Shown here: positions 36,201-51,300 of the stretch, piece after piece
Layout: each line of letters opens with the position of its first letter
Position numbering within the stretch: position 1 is the first letter of the stretch
Assembly (NCBI GenBank): GCA_012026655.1
Contig: JAAILG010000169.1
Location: forward strand, 62,001 to 126,000
Reading direction: 5' to 3'
Source: Hydrolagus affinis
Lineage: Eukaryota
Length of the DNA: 64,000 bases
The notes under the pieces: generated by a model
What the model was told of the DNA's origin: nothing
What the model saw: the letters and a program-made list of their open reading frames with translations, nothing else
The model's database searches: none
Made by a program: the position numbers and the translations under genes

Positions 36201-39200
36201 TGCATGAATCAGGGACAAAGCCTGTCCATCGATTTTGGACAGGTTGTTAATGCTTAGTTTAGTTTTCTTTTACTCAAAACAAGCAGTGCAGCTGCAATGA
36301 ATGGACAGTGATTCTGCCAAACGTTGTGAGGCTGGAGCCCATTTTTACAATGTGGCGATGAACGAGGTTGGGAGATCAGAACTGCATTAATCGACATTAA
36401 CAGATCTCAAGCTGAGATCAGAGACTCACTCCCCAGAGTGGCGAGTGTGTGGATGTGTGGCAGCCACGTATAGGTACTGATTTATTCCATCAAACTAGAT
36501 GTGGATTAACTATGTGGTTGGGAATATGATCACGGTTGCTTGAGAATAAACCAGCTAGTGAGTGCTTTGGCACCTTGCCTTCCACCTCGGGGATCTTGGC
36601 TTTCAATTCCCCTAATAGATGGGATGAAGGCTTTCTCTATCTGTTGGCTGTAATAAGACATAATAATGATCATTTTGCATTTGAGTTAGCACCTTAGCAT
36701 GTCTTTGAGATGTCTCAAAGTGCTTCACCAAATATCTCAACCATTCTGTGCTTGAAATACAATACTCTTACACCCTTAAGTGTTCAGGTTTCTCATCTCA
36801 AGGAGCACAAACATCTACCCAAAGCATGGATTGGTGTCAGGAATTAACAGTCCTGTCTGCCTTTCATTTCTTGGCTCTCCCAATTCCAATATTGAGAACA
36901 GATCAATTAAAACCACAGAACTTTTTAGCACAGAAGAAGGCCATTTGTTCCATCGTTTCTGTGCTGACTCTTTGAAAGTGGTCCATTAAATCCCATTTAG
37001 CTGCTTTTCCCCTTCACCCCTGCTAATTACTTTTTTTAAATTGTTTTCAAGATATCAATGCATCTTCTTCCTTGTTGAACAGCTGATTCTGCCTTGACCA
37101 CCATACCCGGCAGAGCATTCCACATCCTACCAACTCTCTGTGTAAAATAATTCCTCTGTAATCTCCCCCTTTGGTGACGATATAAAATAGGAGTGCCCTC
37201 CAGTCACAGATGATCAAAACCCAGATACCTTTTCACACGTTGGGTCTTGGTGTAAGCATGGGAGACAATCTAAGCCTTTCTTCAGCATAAATTCTGACTC
37301 AGGTGACAAGAGTCTACGGCAGCAAGTGGCAGCACGGGTGAAGGTAATGCAGACAAAAGGCACTCACAGCAAGAATCTTGGCAACGAGTGATTCTCAAAA
37401 CTGGCACTGGGTAGAATGTGCTTTGTTTTAAAAGCAGGAAATTATCGACTGACTCGCAGAGAGGAAGGAGAGATTGCAACCAAGGAAGCAGAGGCTTTTC
37501 TTCACAGATGACTCTTGAACCCACTCTGGGATAGAAACTCGCATGGCAATTTTTATTTTTTTTAAATAGCCGACTAGACAGGGCACTGGTGAATGCTTTC
37601 CAATTCAATGCTCCCCTTCTCCTTCCACAACCATACGCCTCTTAAGAGTCAACACATTTGGCTCAATGGAGATTAGTTTCAAAGAGAACCCTATTCCCAG
37701 CAGTATGAACAAACTGTTAAATAAGACGACCAGTTTTAATGAAGTGCATCCCACTCATCACTGTTTACAGCTTTACTGAAATGTTGTTAAAAAGATTTTT
37801 TTTCACCTCCTCTCCTGGAGGCACTGACCTACGATGGGAAATGGGTCCCCCAGGTAAAAGCTGTCTTCCTGTACCTTACTCAAGTGGCCATTCCTCATAC
37901 AACTGTTGACAGGGTAGTCAGTAGTGTGGGCCTTCAGGGCAATGTTGATCCTGCCTTAACCAGACATTCAGCCACATACACACTAACCAGCTGGGGGAAG
38001 GGGTGCACTGGATAGTGATCAAGAGTGGAAACCCTGGGTGAGATATCAAATCCCACTGAAGACATCTGCAGTGCCCGCTATTGTATGAGAACATCAATGG
38101 TGGTCAGGGCATTAACCCTGTGAACATCTGGACACGCGCTGATCCACACTAACGAATGACTTCACACACTCAGGTTATCAGAGGTGGGAATCATAGAGTA
38201 AAAGATTTTAGTCCCCGAATCGCGTAGACTCAGGGAGGAGGTTAATCGTTTGCTTTAAATATGGCGCATTGTCCCTTTAACAACTGTACGCCACCCGCTT
38301 CCCCTCCCAGCGATTCTCAGTAATTCAAACACTCATCCTTCATCCCTGTCGCGCATACTTAAGAGTTTCACAAAAAGATTTATCACGTCCCAAGTGTTTA
38401 GTCTGAAAGCTGTGGGCCATGAGTGTCAAGAGTTGATCTTGTTTCCATTCCCCAACCCCCAACGAGAACCATTCTGGCACCGAGCCACCTGGACCAATGC
38501 TGAGCATCTCCATTAGTGAGATTGCAATCTATTAACTAAAGTCGACCGTACATTCCTTTTCTCATAAGCGTAGCTCGGCTACGTCCATTGGAAAGTCAGA
38601 GCGAGAGAGGAAGAGAGAGGGAGGGATTTCAGGAAGAGCAGAGCCTAAACATACCACTGATGTGCTCCACTAACAACAACAACATTACATTTGTATAGTG
38701 CCTTTCACGTTGGGACGACGTCCCACCACTATCCTGCCCAAGTCGGCCATTGGCCATAGACTTCATACACAATGTAAATCTTCACGCAACATTACCACAG
38801 GGTCCTCCCCAGGCTCCCGTAAAGTCGAACGAGAAAGGCCTGGGAAGAAGGTTGTAACCGTGAATAAGACATGAGAAAGGGAAAGAATGAGGAAGAAAGA
38901 CACAGCATAAATGAGAAGGAGTGTAAAAGGTAAAGGATACCAATAGTCATACCACATAGATAGCACAGAACAAAGTTCAGCACATCAAAGATTGGGGGTT
39001 GATGGGGCGGGTGGGGGGTGGGGGGGGAGTGGCGGGTTTGAAATAAAAGTGTATGTCGAGCATCTGTTCAAAGCTGGTGTCACTTCTCATAACCCCACAT
39101 ATGGCAGTCTCTTACTATCACCCAGTTAATACTCGCACAGTATTGCCCTCGGAACATTCCTGACTTTAGTTCTAACGAGTTTAAGAGCTGCTTTTGGTGT

Positions 39201-42200
39201 GTGAGGCCATTGTGAGAGTACACTGTAGTCTTGTGTCCCTGTATGTTGGAAACTGTAAAAACATGGATGGTGGGAATCTGAAAAAAAGTGGATGCTTGAA
39301 AAAGTATATAAACCTGCGGGCAGAAAGCATGCAGAGGGCAGCAAGGCCGGTCATGCCAGTGAGTTCCAGCGAGTTCCACTCGCCCAGACTTCTACTTACA
39401 TCTTTGTAAAATGTATAGTGTATAAGAATGAGCTGCAATTGAAACTGGACTGATCTCCCCGTCACTTCCCATACATCTTATGAGACTGAAATAAAGCAGC
39501 CATATGCAGCTTCTCACTCTGCCAATGCACTATTTGCCAACCACTTTTTCGTAACAATAGTGCCCTTTTCAGGATGTTCAGTAGGGCATTACAGCTCTTG
39601 TCTGGCTAGTTGGAAAAGTATGGTTAGAGACTTGATACCTTCCTATAGGTAGGCCTTATCACTTATGTCTAAATCTCACATTACCCCCCCTTAAATCTCA
39701 CTTCCTCAACAACAGCCCTTTGGTACACTACCCTTGAATTCACAACTGTTGAAATGATCATGGAGACGATTTACAATTCAGGCAGGTTTATCTCGTTCAA
39801 GGGAGTTTTAGTAAGCTACTGGGCAATCTGTCAGCCAGGAACTTGATGTTCTGAGGCTGCAACTATTGTGTTAGGAATGGGGAGTCAGCCCAGATGCATT
39901 GAGAGTTTACAGGACAGAAATCCTTAAGATTCCCACAGAGAAGCGTTACATTGGAAAAGTGAGAGGGAGGATAGGTCATTTTGAAAATAAGTCTAATATT
40001 GCGGGTATATTCAACAACAACTTACATTTATACAGTGCCTTCAGGTTGAGTGACACCTGAGTGTGTCACGATGGCAGGGATAGATGCTGAGCAGGGAAGA
40101 GGAGCCATAGGCAGCTAGAGGTAGGTTTCAAGGCAACACCTCAAGGCAGATGGGTGGGGGTGGGAGGTGCAGAACAAGATGGAGAATAGAAGTTCATGAG
40201 ACTATGGCGCATAGAGTTGGAAAGGTCTATGAAGGGTACAGAATGAGCAGGCGGTGGGTTTCATGTGGAGAAATAAACACTAGTGTGAATTTGGTTAATC
40301 AAATAGCCCCTCTCTCTGTACTGTAATATTCTATGTTTCTATCCTGTGACCATCAGGTTCTTTCTGCTTCAAAACCCTTTCAACCTCTTGACTGCCCATC
40401 CTATTGATGTGATCAGCGTTCATCGTTTGAAGTGAAAACAATGTTAATAAACAGATGCCTGCTGTGGGGCAGAGAAGGGGGTGACAAAAGGACCTAATTT
40501 ATCCTAGTTCTTGATCAACCCCTGCCCACAAAAAATACAGTTGCTACACTTCACAGTAAATTGAAGCGCTTTAGAGACGCCTCACCTACATGAAAGGTGC
40601 TATTTCAGTACCTTGGGACATCCTCCTGATGTGAAAGGCACTATATAAATGTAATTTGTTGTTGTTATACCAAGCGTACACATTGCAAATTGTTTGTCCT
40701 TTGACTGAAACTGCTTCCAGTGATTTTCACTCTGTAAAGGTGACTGGGACGGAGAGATCCCAGATCAGATTACAGCAATCAAAATACAGTAGTAAAAAGA
40801 GAATTAAAAACTAATGATGGTGATCTTTTGTCTAGACAAGGTGGAATTCTTTGGACAAATATAGCTCCCTGAATAGTTCCACAGCACATTTGTGGAATGT
40901 GAAATGCAATACTTTGTGGTGAATCTAAATCCGCTCCATTCCTCGGGTTCTTGCTGACAGAACTAATTCTTGCAACAATGTCACTTTCCAGAGAGCATTC
41001 TCTTCTTTCTCTGCCCCCGCCCAATCTACCCCCACCACTGAGAAAGCTAGTGAAAAGAAGCAAAGGTTATACTGTTGTGTTGGGGGGTGTTTTGAAGGCA
41101 AAGGACTGAGTTGGAGCAGTGAAGAATGATCTTTGGTATATGTGATTTGAAAATGTCAATAACCTAGGTAGAAAAGCACAGAAAAAGTCTTTCATCGATG
41201 ATGTTCACCTAAATGAGCGAGTACAAAAATTCATACAAAACCCTGCACCAAAAATAGTCATTTTATCTTCCATTCATTATGGCATTTCTCATCACAAAGA
41301 GGCAACTGTGAGCATGCTACATTTATAGATTGGTAAAACAACAGAGCCCAGTTATTCACAGGATCACAGTGAGAGAGAGAGAGGGGGGTTCGGGCAAAGA
41401 AAGCCCTCGGGAGCCAATTCGATCTTGTCCTTCCAGAACCTGCACCCTAGGTCCTCCCTTCTATTATTGGCAACAATCCTTACCTTGTGATTCTTCCCTT
41501 GTCGATAGGTCATCCAGTCCTCGCCGTTGGTGCTCACTTCCAGCCTGTACGTTTTGACGTAGTAGATTTTACCCGTGTCGACTGAAATGGCACCCTGAGT
41601 GGCAATGCCGGTTAGAGTCTTCAAAAATCCAAAATCCACCTGCAGGAAAGTGGGGAGAGAGAATGAGTGGGGGGAAAAAAAATGAAAAGGCATTATATTA
41701 TAAACCATAGTTTTTATTCTGAACATGAAATTTAAGGTCAGTTGATTAAGCGGGTAGGGGATGGAGTGAGGATGATGAAAATGATCTTGACACATTGTCA
41801 CATTCGGGTCACTAACAAACGTAAGTCTGAACTGCACCTTAACTGAAGATAATTATCAAGCTTACGTTTGACAGAGGGTCTTATCATGTCAGCATAACCC
41901 ATCAAAGCACATTACAGGGTTTACTGTAAAATGTAACAACCGTGTATTTTGTAAGTGAACACGGAAGGTAATTTGCACACAACATCCTACAAATAGCCGC
42001 AAGGTGAATGATTAATTTTGAATGGGGGATTGTTGGCCAGGATACCCGGAGAAATTCAATTGTCTTCACGAATCGTGCCGTGGGATTGTTTAAATCCACC
42101 TGTTCAGGCAGGTGGGACCTCAGTTTAAAATCTCATTCAAGGTACAGCATTTTTAACAGTGTCACACCCCTCCCCAACAATATTACACAAGAGCATTAGC

Positions 42201-45200
42201 CTAGAATATAGAAGTCCTGATGTGGGCATATAAACTACAGACTCACAAGTGCTACCAATTGAGCCAAGGTGACACCTTGAGTGTGATCAAAGCAACACTG
42301 ACAGCAAGCAGCCTGTCAACTCCTCCTCGAATCAGTCTGTAGTAACTTCACACTGAACTTTACATCAACACCACATGCACATGCCAGCAGGAGGTCTCTA
42401 GCTTGCAACAGGTTCAGGAAGAATCCTGGTAGATATTCCTTCCCTAACCCAGGGCCAATTGTAACACGACAGACTCACACAACGTACACAGCCCCCTCAC
42501 CACAGCCCCTGGTTGACATCAGTTACCTCAGCACAGACCAAACTTATAAATTTCTGCTCTGTGAATAAAGAGAAGAATAAATTTCTTCTGAGAACTTTTA
42601 ACCATCAGATTTGTAAGGACAGTGTACTGACACATAAATGAAAGCTAATGTATTATTCCCCAAGTCCCCCACATCTGTCCTTCACTTGCAAGCAGCTATA
42701 ATAGGAAACCTGCCAATGTAACAGTGGCTAAACGCGATGCAGCGGGAAGAAATTTAGTAAAAGAGGTTCCATTTGGCACCATTTATGTCCACGTTGCACA
42801 TTACCATTCCTGATCCATTCAGGCCAGAGGTCCATGAGGACAGCCTGCCTGCCCTGAGGGTACCCAGTGAAGTGCAGCCTCACCTGGTAAAGATATGGCA
42901 CTGGTGGAGTGGGTGGGGGGACAAAGGAAGAGTTACTGGGGTTGGGGGAGAGAGAAGGGAAGAATAAAGGAGGGAAGCTTGGAAGCGTTCACCTACAAAA
43001 TATACAGTCGCCACACTTCACAGTATATCCTGGGAAGTGTTTTGGGAAATCCTCGCAATGTGAGAGGCGCTATATCAAATTATCATTGAGTGAATGGAAG
43101 CTGCTGGGACAATGCCTGCCTGACGCAACAACAGTCTTTGGCCCAGGACGTTATTAATGAGGATAAAATCAATAGGAGAACAAATTTATCTGTGCAATTT
43201 GGTCACTTTAAAAGCTACCATCAATCTCACACCGGTTGGAGCAAGTCCCACTGTCTGGCATTATTGAGCGGCTAATGAAAGTGGATCAATGTTAATTCAG
43301 ATCCAGTTTTGCAGCTAAAAATATCCCAGGATCCTCGAGCTTCCCTCCCAAGCCAGACGGAAATTCCGGACATTTTATTGGGATAATGTAACTAACACTT
43401 GGCCTTTCTCAATGCTGAAAGTCAACAGTTCAAATTTGTGATTGTTCATTCCCAGAATATTTGACATTAGAGATGTCTTAATGTGCTGTTTTGTTACAGT
43501 AGGATTATGGACTAACAAGCCTTGGCTCTCCTGCCTAGCGATTCCCCGTACAACAGGTTCCTGGCACAAGGAATTAAGTGTATCCGAAGCACATAACAAT
43601 CATTTCAGACTGCTGGTTGCTGCTCCTGATTCCAGTTGATGTACCTGAATCCATTCCTTGGAACTGTCTTCGTTGGGTGTCCAGCCGTTGGTTGGATAGT
43701 TAAGCCGTGCCTGGTGTGGTTCCCAGTTTCCCAGGGTATACGAGGATAAGGCAGTGATCTGCATATTGCTGATCTCCCGAGACTCCATTCCCAGTGGAGC
43801 ATTGCACTGATAAGCTAGGAACACATAGCAAACATTAAACAGCCGTAACATTGATGTATCTGTTTGTCCAAAATCAGTCTACAGTGCCTATATCGACTGG
43901 CTAACAAAACAGCACCTTACACAACCTGTTAATTAACACAAAATAATAATTTTAATTAGTGATAGTTTGGGGCCTTAAACGCAAACAAAAATTGGCTGCC
44001 TTTTGGGTTGCTAGATCCTTCCTGACATAACTTCCTGTGTATTGGTTTCATGCATAGGAGCCATTGCTAACATCACCTCCAGCAGACAACAGCATTTCCT
44101 ACACATTTCCTAAACGCCAGGTAACAGATATTAGTCACCAAGACTTGCTTGAGCTGGTGTGGGACAATGGATTGATTTTATTATTTGGTCCTGTTCTCCA
44201 GCTAATGGGGAGCGAGGTTAGCATACAATAGGAAATCCAATACATTTTAGTGTCAATTACGTTTTAACTCTGTAGTATGGACACTCATGCAATAGAATGA
44301 GGATTGATACTGGGCTCTCTAATCTTATTGTACCCAGAGAGAGAGAGCGCTCACTTTTTCTGAGCTGGAAAGTGCCTTGGTTCCCAGAGATGAAAAGATC
44401 AAAGTTATGATAATCCTATCATGCCTTCCCTGCACCTTCCCCATTTCCCACTTACACTCTGTCGGTTCTTTCTGTGTGATGTTGTACTGGGCGGAGAAGC
44501 CATCTTTAGCGACTGCCATGTCCGTGTGGAAAATGAGCGACAGGATTCCCGTGCCAGAGTGGATCACGGGCAAGATCGTCACACCACAATATCGTCCAAT
44601 CAGAGGGCCAACTGCTCAACAAATTGCAGAGAGAAAAATCAGTGAGGGACCTGCAAGTTGTAACAGTTTCCAAAACATGCGCCCCTGAATCCTTCGAACC
44701 CCCCACGATGCTACCGGAATGCTTTCAAACGCGTTCGACTCCCAACAAATTCCACAATACACAAGTGGATCAGTGCTGGCCACACCCAAGACACCACTGC
44801 CACAGAACACAGGAAAGGTCTACATCTGAGTCTACATCTGACCCCATTGACCAACTTTATCCTGGAGCAATGAGCAACTATTACAAAGCGAGACTGAATT
44901 AGGAATGAACACTTTAAGATAAATGTTTTATTTCTCTACTTCTCCCTTTATAATAATAGTAATCCTTGCATTTGGCAAGGTGCGTTGCATGTTGGGGTGG
45001 GGGGGGCATTTCGAAGTGCTTCACAGCCTATCCTGCCAAGTGTAATAACTGTGTAACTTGTAAGTGAATGGAACCTTGCTAACCCCCAGCTGAAGAGACA
45101 AGCCAACTTCAGCCACAACACAAAGAGCTCGACAGTAAAAGCCACTGGGATGGTAGGTCAGAGGTCACTGAATTACGACCAGAGTTAAATACTAACGGAA

Positions 45201-48200
45201 GAAAATGAAAAGAGTATTTTTAGGTGCAACATTTGGTCCCATTTGGTCACCGCAGGCCTCGCAAATCTCCATGGCAACACTTACCCTGAGGGAGTCCATC
45301 CCAGACGTCCAGACGGTCATATCTGCAGTCTGTTGGTGCTAACTGCAGTGGGTCATACTCCAGGTCAAAGGTCAGCATCTTGAGGGTCACCTCTGACCTT
45401 GGCGGTGCCATAATGATGTAGGTGCAGTCCAGATTGTGAGGGTATTTGTCAGGAAACCCTGGAGATTTGATGGTTCCAAATGAGCCAGTGAAGTTCATGG
45501 AGCAATCTTCAGACCCTGTGACATACAATAGAAATTAAGTCAGAATTTTTTGTGATCAACTCAGAGGGTATGAACCACGATACTTCGCCAGAGGAAGAAA
45601 CACTGCCTTTCACACTATAACTGTCTCAGTCCTGCCCAACCCCAAAGAACAATAGGACATTGTGCCCATCGCAATGTAGGTCTTCTCTGAGCAATGTACA
45701 AAGACCCGCTTTGCCATTGCTCCATGACCCATTACTCTGTATGTTGTTGGGATTTCCCATTCAAACTTTAATTTGGGCATAAAACCATCAAGTTCTCCCT
45801 GAAATTTGTTTCATGACTTTAATTCAGCTCAATTCTGATTATTTACTTGTTGTTGGGGATTTAGCCACAAATAATAACAACACCAATTCCTTACATTTGA
45901 TTCTCCAGGATCCTCCAAGTTACGCATGGAATAGTCAGCCCATCAGACTCCAGGAGGCTGGTGCTCAATATCCCTATTCACACATGGTAAATAAATCATT
46001 CTGTCGAAACTAGCCTCCTGCTCACATGTATCTCGCAGTCACATTGACACATCTGTCGTATGGTCTCCAATATCACTGTCACTGACTCATGTAAGTGTCT
46101 TGAGGATTGTCGCATGAAAATCCAGTTGCAAATGCAATAAACGCCGGCTTAAACTTGGGTGTTAGGAGAAGTAACATGATCTACAGAAGTTCCAATGGCT
46201 TTCGAAACCTGCTAAAGTTCCCAGCTCAAGTCGTTACACCCATTTGGCAAACCCTCCGACTGCAGTAATGCTCTGACCTCATCAGCCGGCAAATCATTCC
46301 TCATCATTTTAGAGCCGTGAAGCTGCCCGATCCTCACGCTCGGTTCCACACCCAGTTGTGCTTATTCACCCGATACTGAAACTGAAAATGGACTCCCCAA
46401 CTCAACGTGGATCATTGCTATTACACTCGCGTCCCTAGGCCAAGTGACGCCTCCAAGCCCTAACTACGCTGGTCGTAACGGCATTTATTATCTAATTAAG
46501 ATCATGTTGAGAGTCAAAAGGAACCCAAAAGGAAATTATTAAAATCTAAAGGAATTCCACTGCCTGTTTCTTTGCCGTTGAATAGAGTTGAACTCAGAAA
46601 AATGTTGTTTCTCCTGCAGGATGAAAGGGTGGCTAGAGTTAGCCAATGGGTCGAGTTACAAGCCCATGTTTGAAAGTTACAAGGAGCTCCAGTGCTTCAC
46701 ACGAGGGGTGATGTCTAGAGTGTGTTGGGTTTGCATTGCTTTGCTGCAGCTTTAAATACAGAATAAACATCTAAATATTTCTGGCCTTCTCCCAGCCGGC
46801 AAAGCCTAAACACAGAAATGCCGGCGCTGTGTCAGGTGGGCCACAAATCATCCAATCTCACTTTCTCTAATAAATAAACACAGGCTCAATTCTTGGCTCG
46901 GCTTCAACAATTAAACAAATAAATGGTGAGCAACACTCACAGTATTCTGTAAACTCCGCAAGCCACTTCAGTCTGCTGTTGTGACTCAACACACAGAGCT
47001 CAAAAAGCACAGCTTTCCGAGTCAGCCACCGTTTTGTCTCTGGCTCTGGCAACAGACAGACTTTCACATCGGGTAAAATCTAGCCTAGCGATGGTTTTTC
47101 TTTTTCTGTCGTTCACCCAGCAGCTCATCCTGCCCTTCAGATCCCTCCTCCTCATCCCTACTGCCCCACGCACCATCTACTGGCTCAGGGAGCAGTGTAC
47201 TGACTTGGAAGTGACAACACAGAACCAAGCGATAGCAACAGTGGTTACAGTTTCATGCCTATAAACTGGTACAAGTGGCCATCAGAAGCTGTTCAGTGCT
47301 CTGAGGTTCCCACCTCTATACATCATTAACAGCTTGTGACTTCTATCATTGAATAACACACAGGGTCTCAGCCCTCTTCTCCCCCCCCCACCCCAATGCA
47401 GCTCAAGCCTTCGCCAACCCCATCTGACACCAATCCTCCCCCAGCGACCTCAGCATGTTGATAGATCCATATTATGGCTTGTTACATCTTTGGGTCACGT
47501 CATTGAACATGTGCTGGAGAGAGTATATAATAATAATCCTTGCATTTGATAAGAGAACCTCATCACACGGTTGAGACACCTCATCAAAGTGCTTCACGGA
47601 ACATATTGTAAAGTGGAGTGACTGGTGTATTTTAGGTGTGACACTGACCTGTGCGGAAAATCTCATACCGCAGGGAGAAGCCCGCCCCCTGGTGAGCATA
47701 GTCAGACACAAACTTGATGTAAAGCATGGGGCCCGAGGAGATGATGGAAGATGGGGCAATACTGCCGCAGTGTTTGCCCAGCAGGTCCGCGCTTATCCCT
47801 TCTCCGTCCCGGATTTCAATGAAGTCATACCTGAGGCAGAACAACGAGGATGGAGTCAGACAACAAACATTCGAGACAATTCATTGCATTGGCCTATTCA
47901 CCCCCACCCCCCCACCACCCCAGCCCAACTCCCTGGTTAAACATATTGCCTTTCTGTGCATTTAGGAGCAAACTCAAATCAAGTCATTTCTTTCCACAGG
48001 CTTCCCTTCCCATGTCTCAGGTGATAAAGTCAGCATCTGGAGTAGTACAGAGTCAAACAGACCGTGGAAATGTCAGGTTTGATTACAGCTCTGTGCTGGG
48101 TTCTCTGATCTCCTGCTGACCAGAGGTGGGCAGCTACAAATGGAATCACCGCCCCCCAGAATGTGTTTGCGCCTGTCTGTATTGTTTCTGTCTGTTGCCT

Positions 48201-48294
48201 ACATGTGCACCTGTATGGCCTGTCTTTTGTGTGTGTGTGTACCTGTCTGTCAGTGTGTTTGCTGTCCATCTTGTAACTGTCGTATGCTTGCGTG

Positions 48295-48336
<42 letters not shown>

Positions 48337-51300
48337 GTGAGTGAGTGAGTATAGGAAATGACTTGAGATCAATTTATTGCCACTATTGTTGAATGCCCGA
48401 CCCTAACTCACGTGGCTGAAACATAAAAGCTGTTTGGGCAAATACGTCGAGGGCAGCTGGCATCTGTACCACAGTGCGAGGCAGCAACTTCGCGAGGGCG
48501 GAGAAAATTCGAAAAGAAAAAAATAACACATCTCCTTTCCTCAGAGTAATAACTGACCGGTATTTCACAGGAGCACGTTTCAAATTCAAACTGCTTCCCC
48601 GCGTATCTGAAGGTAATTACTGCCCTGGTCAAACACCAATGGAGCACATTCACCTGTGGCTGTTGGGGGAATAGGGGAGCAGGCAGGTCCACGGCAAGTC
48701 AAGCCTTTTTAATCTGCTCAGTGTTGGATTAGAACAATGAACATTAATTCCATGCCATGTCTATACTCCCAAGGCCTGGGGGGGTTAGCGGGAGCTGTCT
48801 CCGCAGATGGCGGTCTCCAGTGTAAATGTGCCACACGTGATGACATTTATACTGAGTGGTTAATGACCCCCGATATCATTACTCGGCTTGAGTAAAAAAT
48901 ATCCAGCGGCTCCCAGCGCACACATTAATAAAACTGATCTTTCCTTTAAAAAGACAGCGAGGGCTTGTTGTTCCTTTGTACGGAGTGTCAGATTGCTTTT
49001 AGGCTACCACGTGTAACAAGACTCTGGTTAGTGACACAGTAGTGACCCACAAACAGTCGTGGATTGAAAATGTACAATTTTTTTATTGTTTTTTTTCCGA
49101 GGGATTATTATTAGGTGTGTGGAGTAAGGAAACTTGTCCAAGGTTTTCCCTGACCTGGCTGGACTCAAACACGAGCTCCAATGTACAAAAGATGGATGGA
49201 TGGATGGATGGATGGATGGGAGGGAGGGAGGGAGGGAGGGAGGGAGGGAGGGATGGATGTGTGATCAAATGTGTGATCAGCCCCAAGTAAATAGTCATCA
49301 AGGAGAATTTTGGAACTTTCGGATAAACAACAACAACAAATTACATTTGTAAAGTACCTTTCACATCGGGATAACATACAGGACAGTCAAGGATTTTCCC
49401 ATGTTGAGGGTTGGGATCAGGAGAGGGTGGAGGGCAGAGAGGATGGGTTAGGAGGGTGAACCAAGTTTGAAGAGGAGGATTTGAAGAGTTGTGCTTTGAA
49501 GGAAGAGGGGGTGAAGTGAAGAGATGGAGTGAATCAAAATGGATTTGGGGGAGGGGGTTTGATCCTTGGCTTCAACACGCTACAGAAACCAGATGGAAGC
49601 AGGCGACTGGATTTAGGCATCGAGAGATAACTGAACTATAAGGCACGAGTTTAAAAATAACCATAATAGTCACAGCAACTGCTGAGACACCTTGCCACAT
49701 CATGCAAGTCTAACCACTTCACAGGATATACTGCGAATGAAAAGACCTCAAGTGGAAATGGTGATCAGAAGAGCCTACTCTTTGAATGGTAGAAACGAAC
49801 AGCAACTAATGAAAAGCCACATCCGTTAACGCCTTAAAAAAAAGTCTGTGTACTTAAGCCAGCGCAGCAGCTCAGTGTGTGTTATAACCTGGGCGCGCTA
49901 GTGTGTGCACATCATTTAAAAGCAAAACTCGTCCGTCCAATTACACAAGCTCAGCCCAGCAGTCAGGTTGCTTTAGGTCAGCTGCAGACCGGCACCTCTC
50001 AACAGGCTCATTATTCCCATGTAAAACCTGATCTTTCCCCCGCTAACTCTGCTGCTCCCTCGCTCAGGTCTGGCCGTCAAGCGGACAATTAAAAATACAA
50101 ACATTTGCAAATTGGAATTTTTTAAATTTTAGAATCTTATCTGAATGTCACACTCTCCTGTGAAACACGGTAAACTCCTGTTAACTAGTCACTCCCAAGG
50201 GGAAAGGGATTAGGGACAAGATATTCAGTGCCGATTTAGGCGTATGTATAAATATCTAACTAAATGGGGCAGAGATATTGATTTAAGTAGCAGTGACAAG
50301 ATAATAATAATACTAATAAAAAAATAATACTTGCATTTGAAATAGCGGCTTACCGCATCATTGAGAGACATCTCAAGGAGTTTCACAGAATATATTATAA
50401 AATCTATTGACTGTATATAGTGTGGGCGAAACACAGCAGCCAACTGTGCACATCAGGGTCTCACAAACAGTCATGGATTGAGTGACCAAATTATCTTTCT
50501 TTCTTTTGGAGAGATTATTACAGCCGTAAAATGATCCACCATCGCCTAACAACTGGATTCCTACTTATTGCTAAGTAAATAAGAGGCGTGTGGCATAAGG
50601 AAACTTTCCTTGGGTTTCGTGCGTGCGAACCACTGAGCTACGTGGTTATCAGGAGTATACTTTAGTAATTTATTAGGACTGGATGAGTCGGATTCAGCTC
50701 CAAGGGTGACTGGGGAGCTCCAAGGGTGACACAGGAATTTACATGATCCCACAACTTTTGATTTCTGAAGAATATTGAACCGTTGGTTATAATCTTTAAA
50801 TTTGATACGGCACCTTATCATGTCATCAAAGAGACCTCAAAGATGTAGGGAAACGCAGCAAACAATTTTCACATGGCAACGTTTCACAAAGAGCCATGAA
50901 ATGAAGGGCTAATTTGCTCCGGGGGTTTGTTTGTTGGCCAGGACACCAAGAGAAACTCCCTTATCTTTTCAAGTAGTGCCATGAGATCTTTAATGTTCAC
51001 CTGTACAGACAGATGGAACCTTAAGTTGAAAGAACATCTGACAACGCAGCTCTCCCCCAGCACTGCACTGGAGTGTCACCTTAGGCCAGGGATCACCACT
51101 AGGTGGTGCTTTTGCCCATGATCAAAAACACACACACACACACACACACACGAGTGGAAGGAACGACAGAACTGCATCATCACGGAGTCAAATTGCGAAC
51201 AAAGTCGAATGCACTAAGTATCTTATGCATCGTGGCAATAGAAATATAAACTGCGACGTGTAAACTGAAGTACATATCACTCCTGCCTCTCGGGTTTGAT

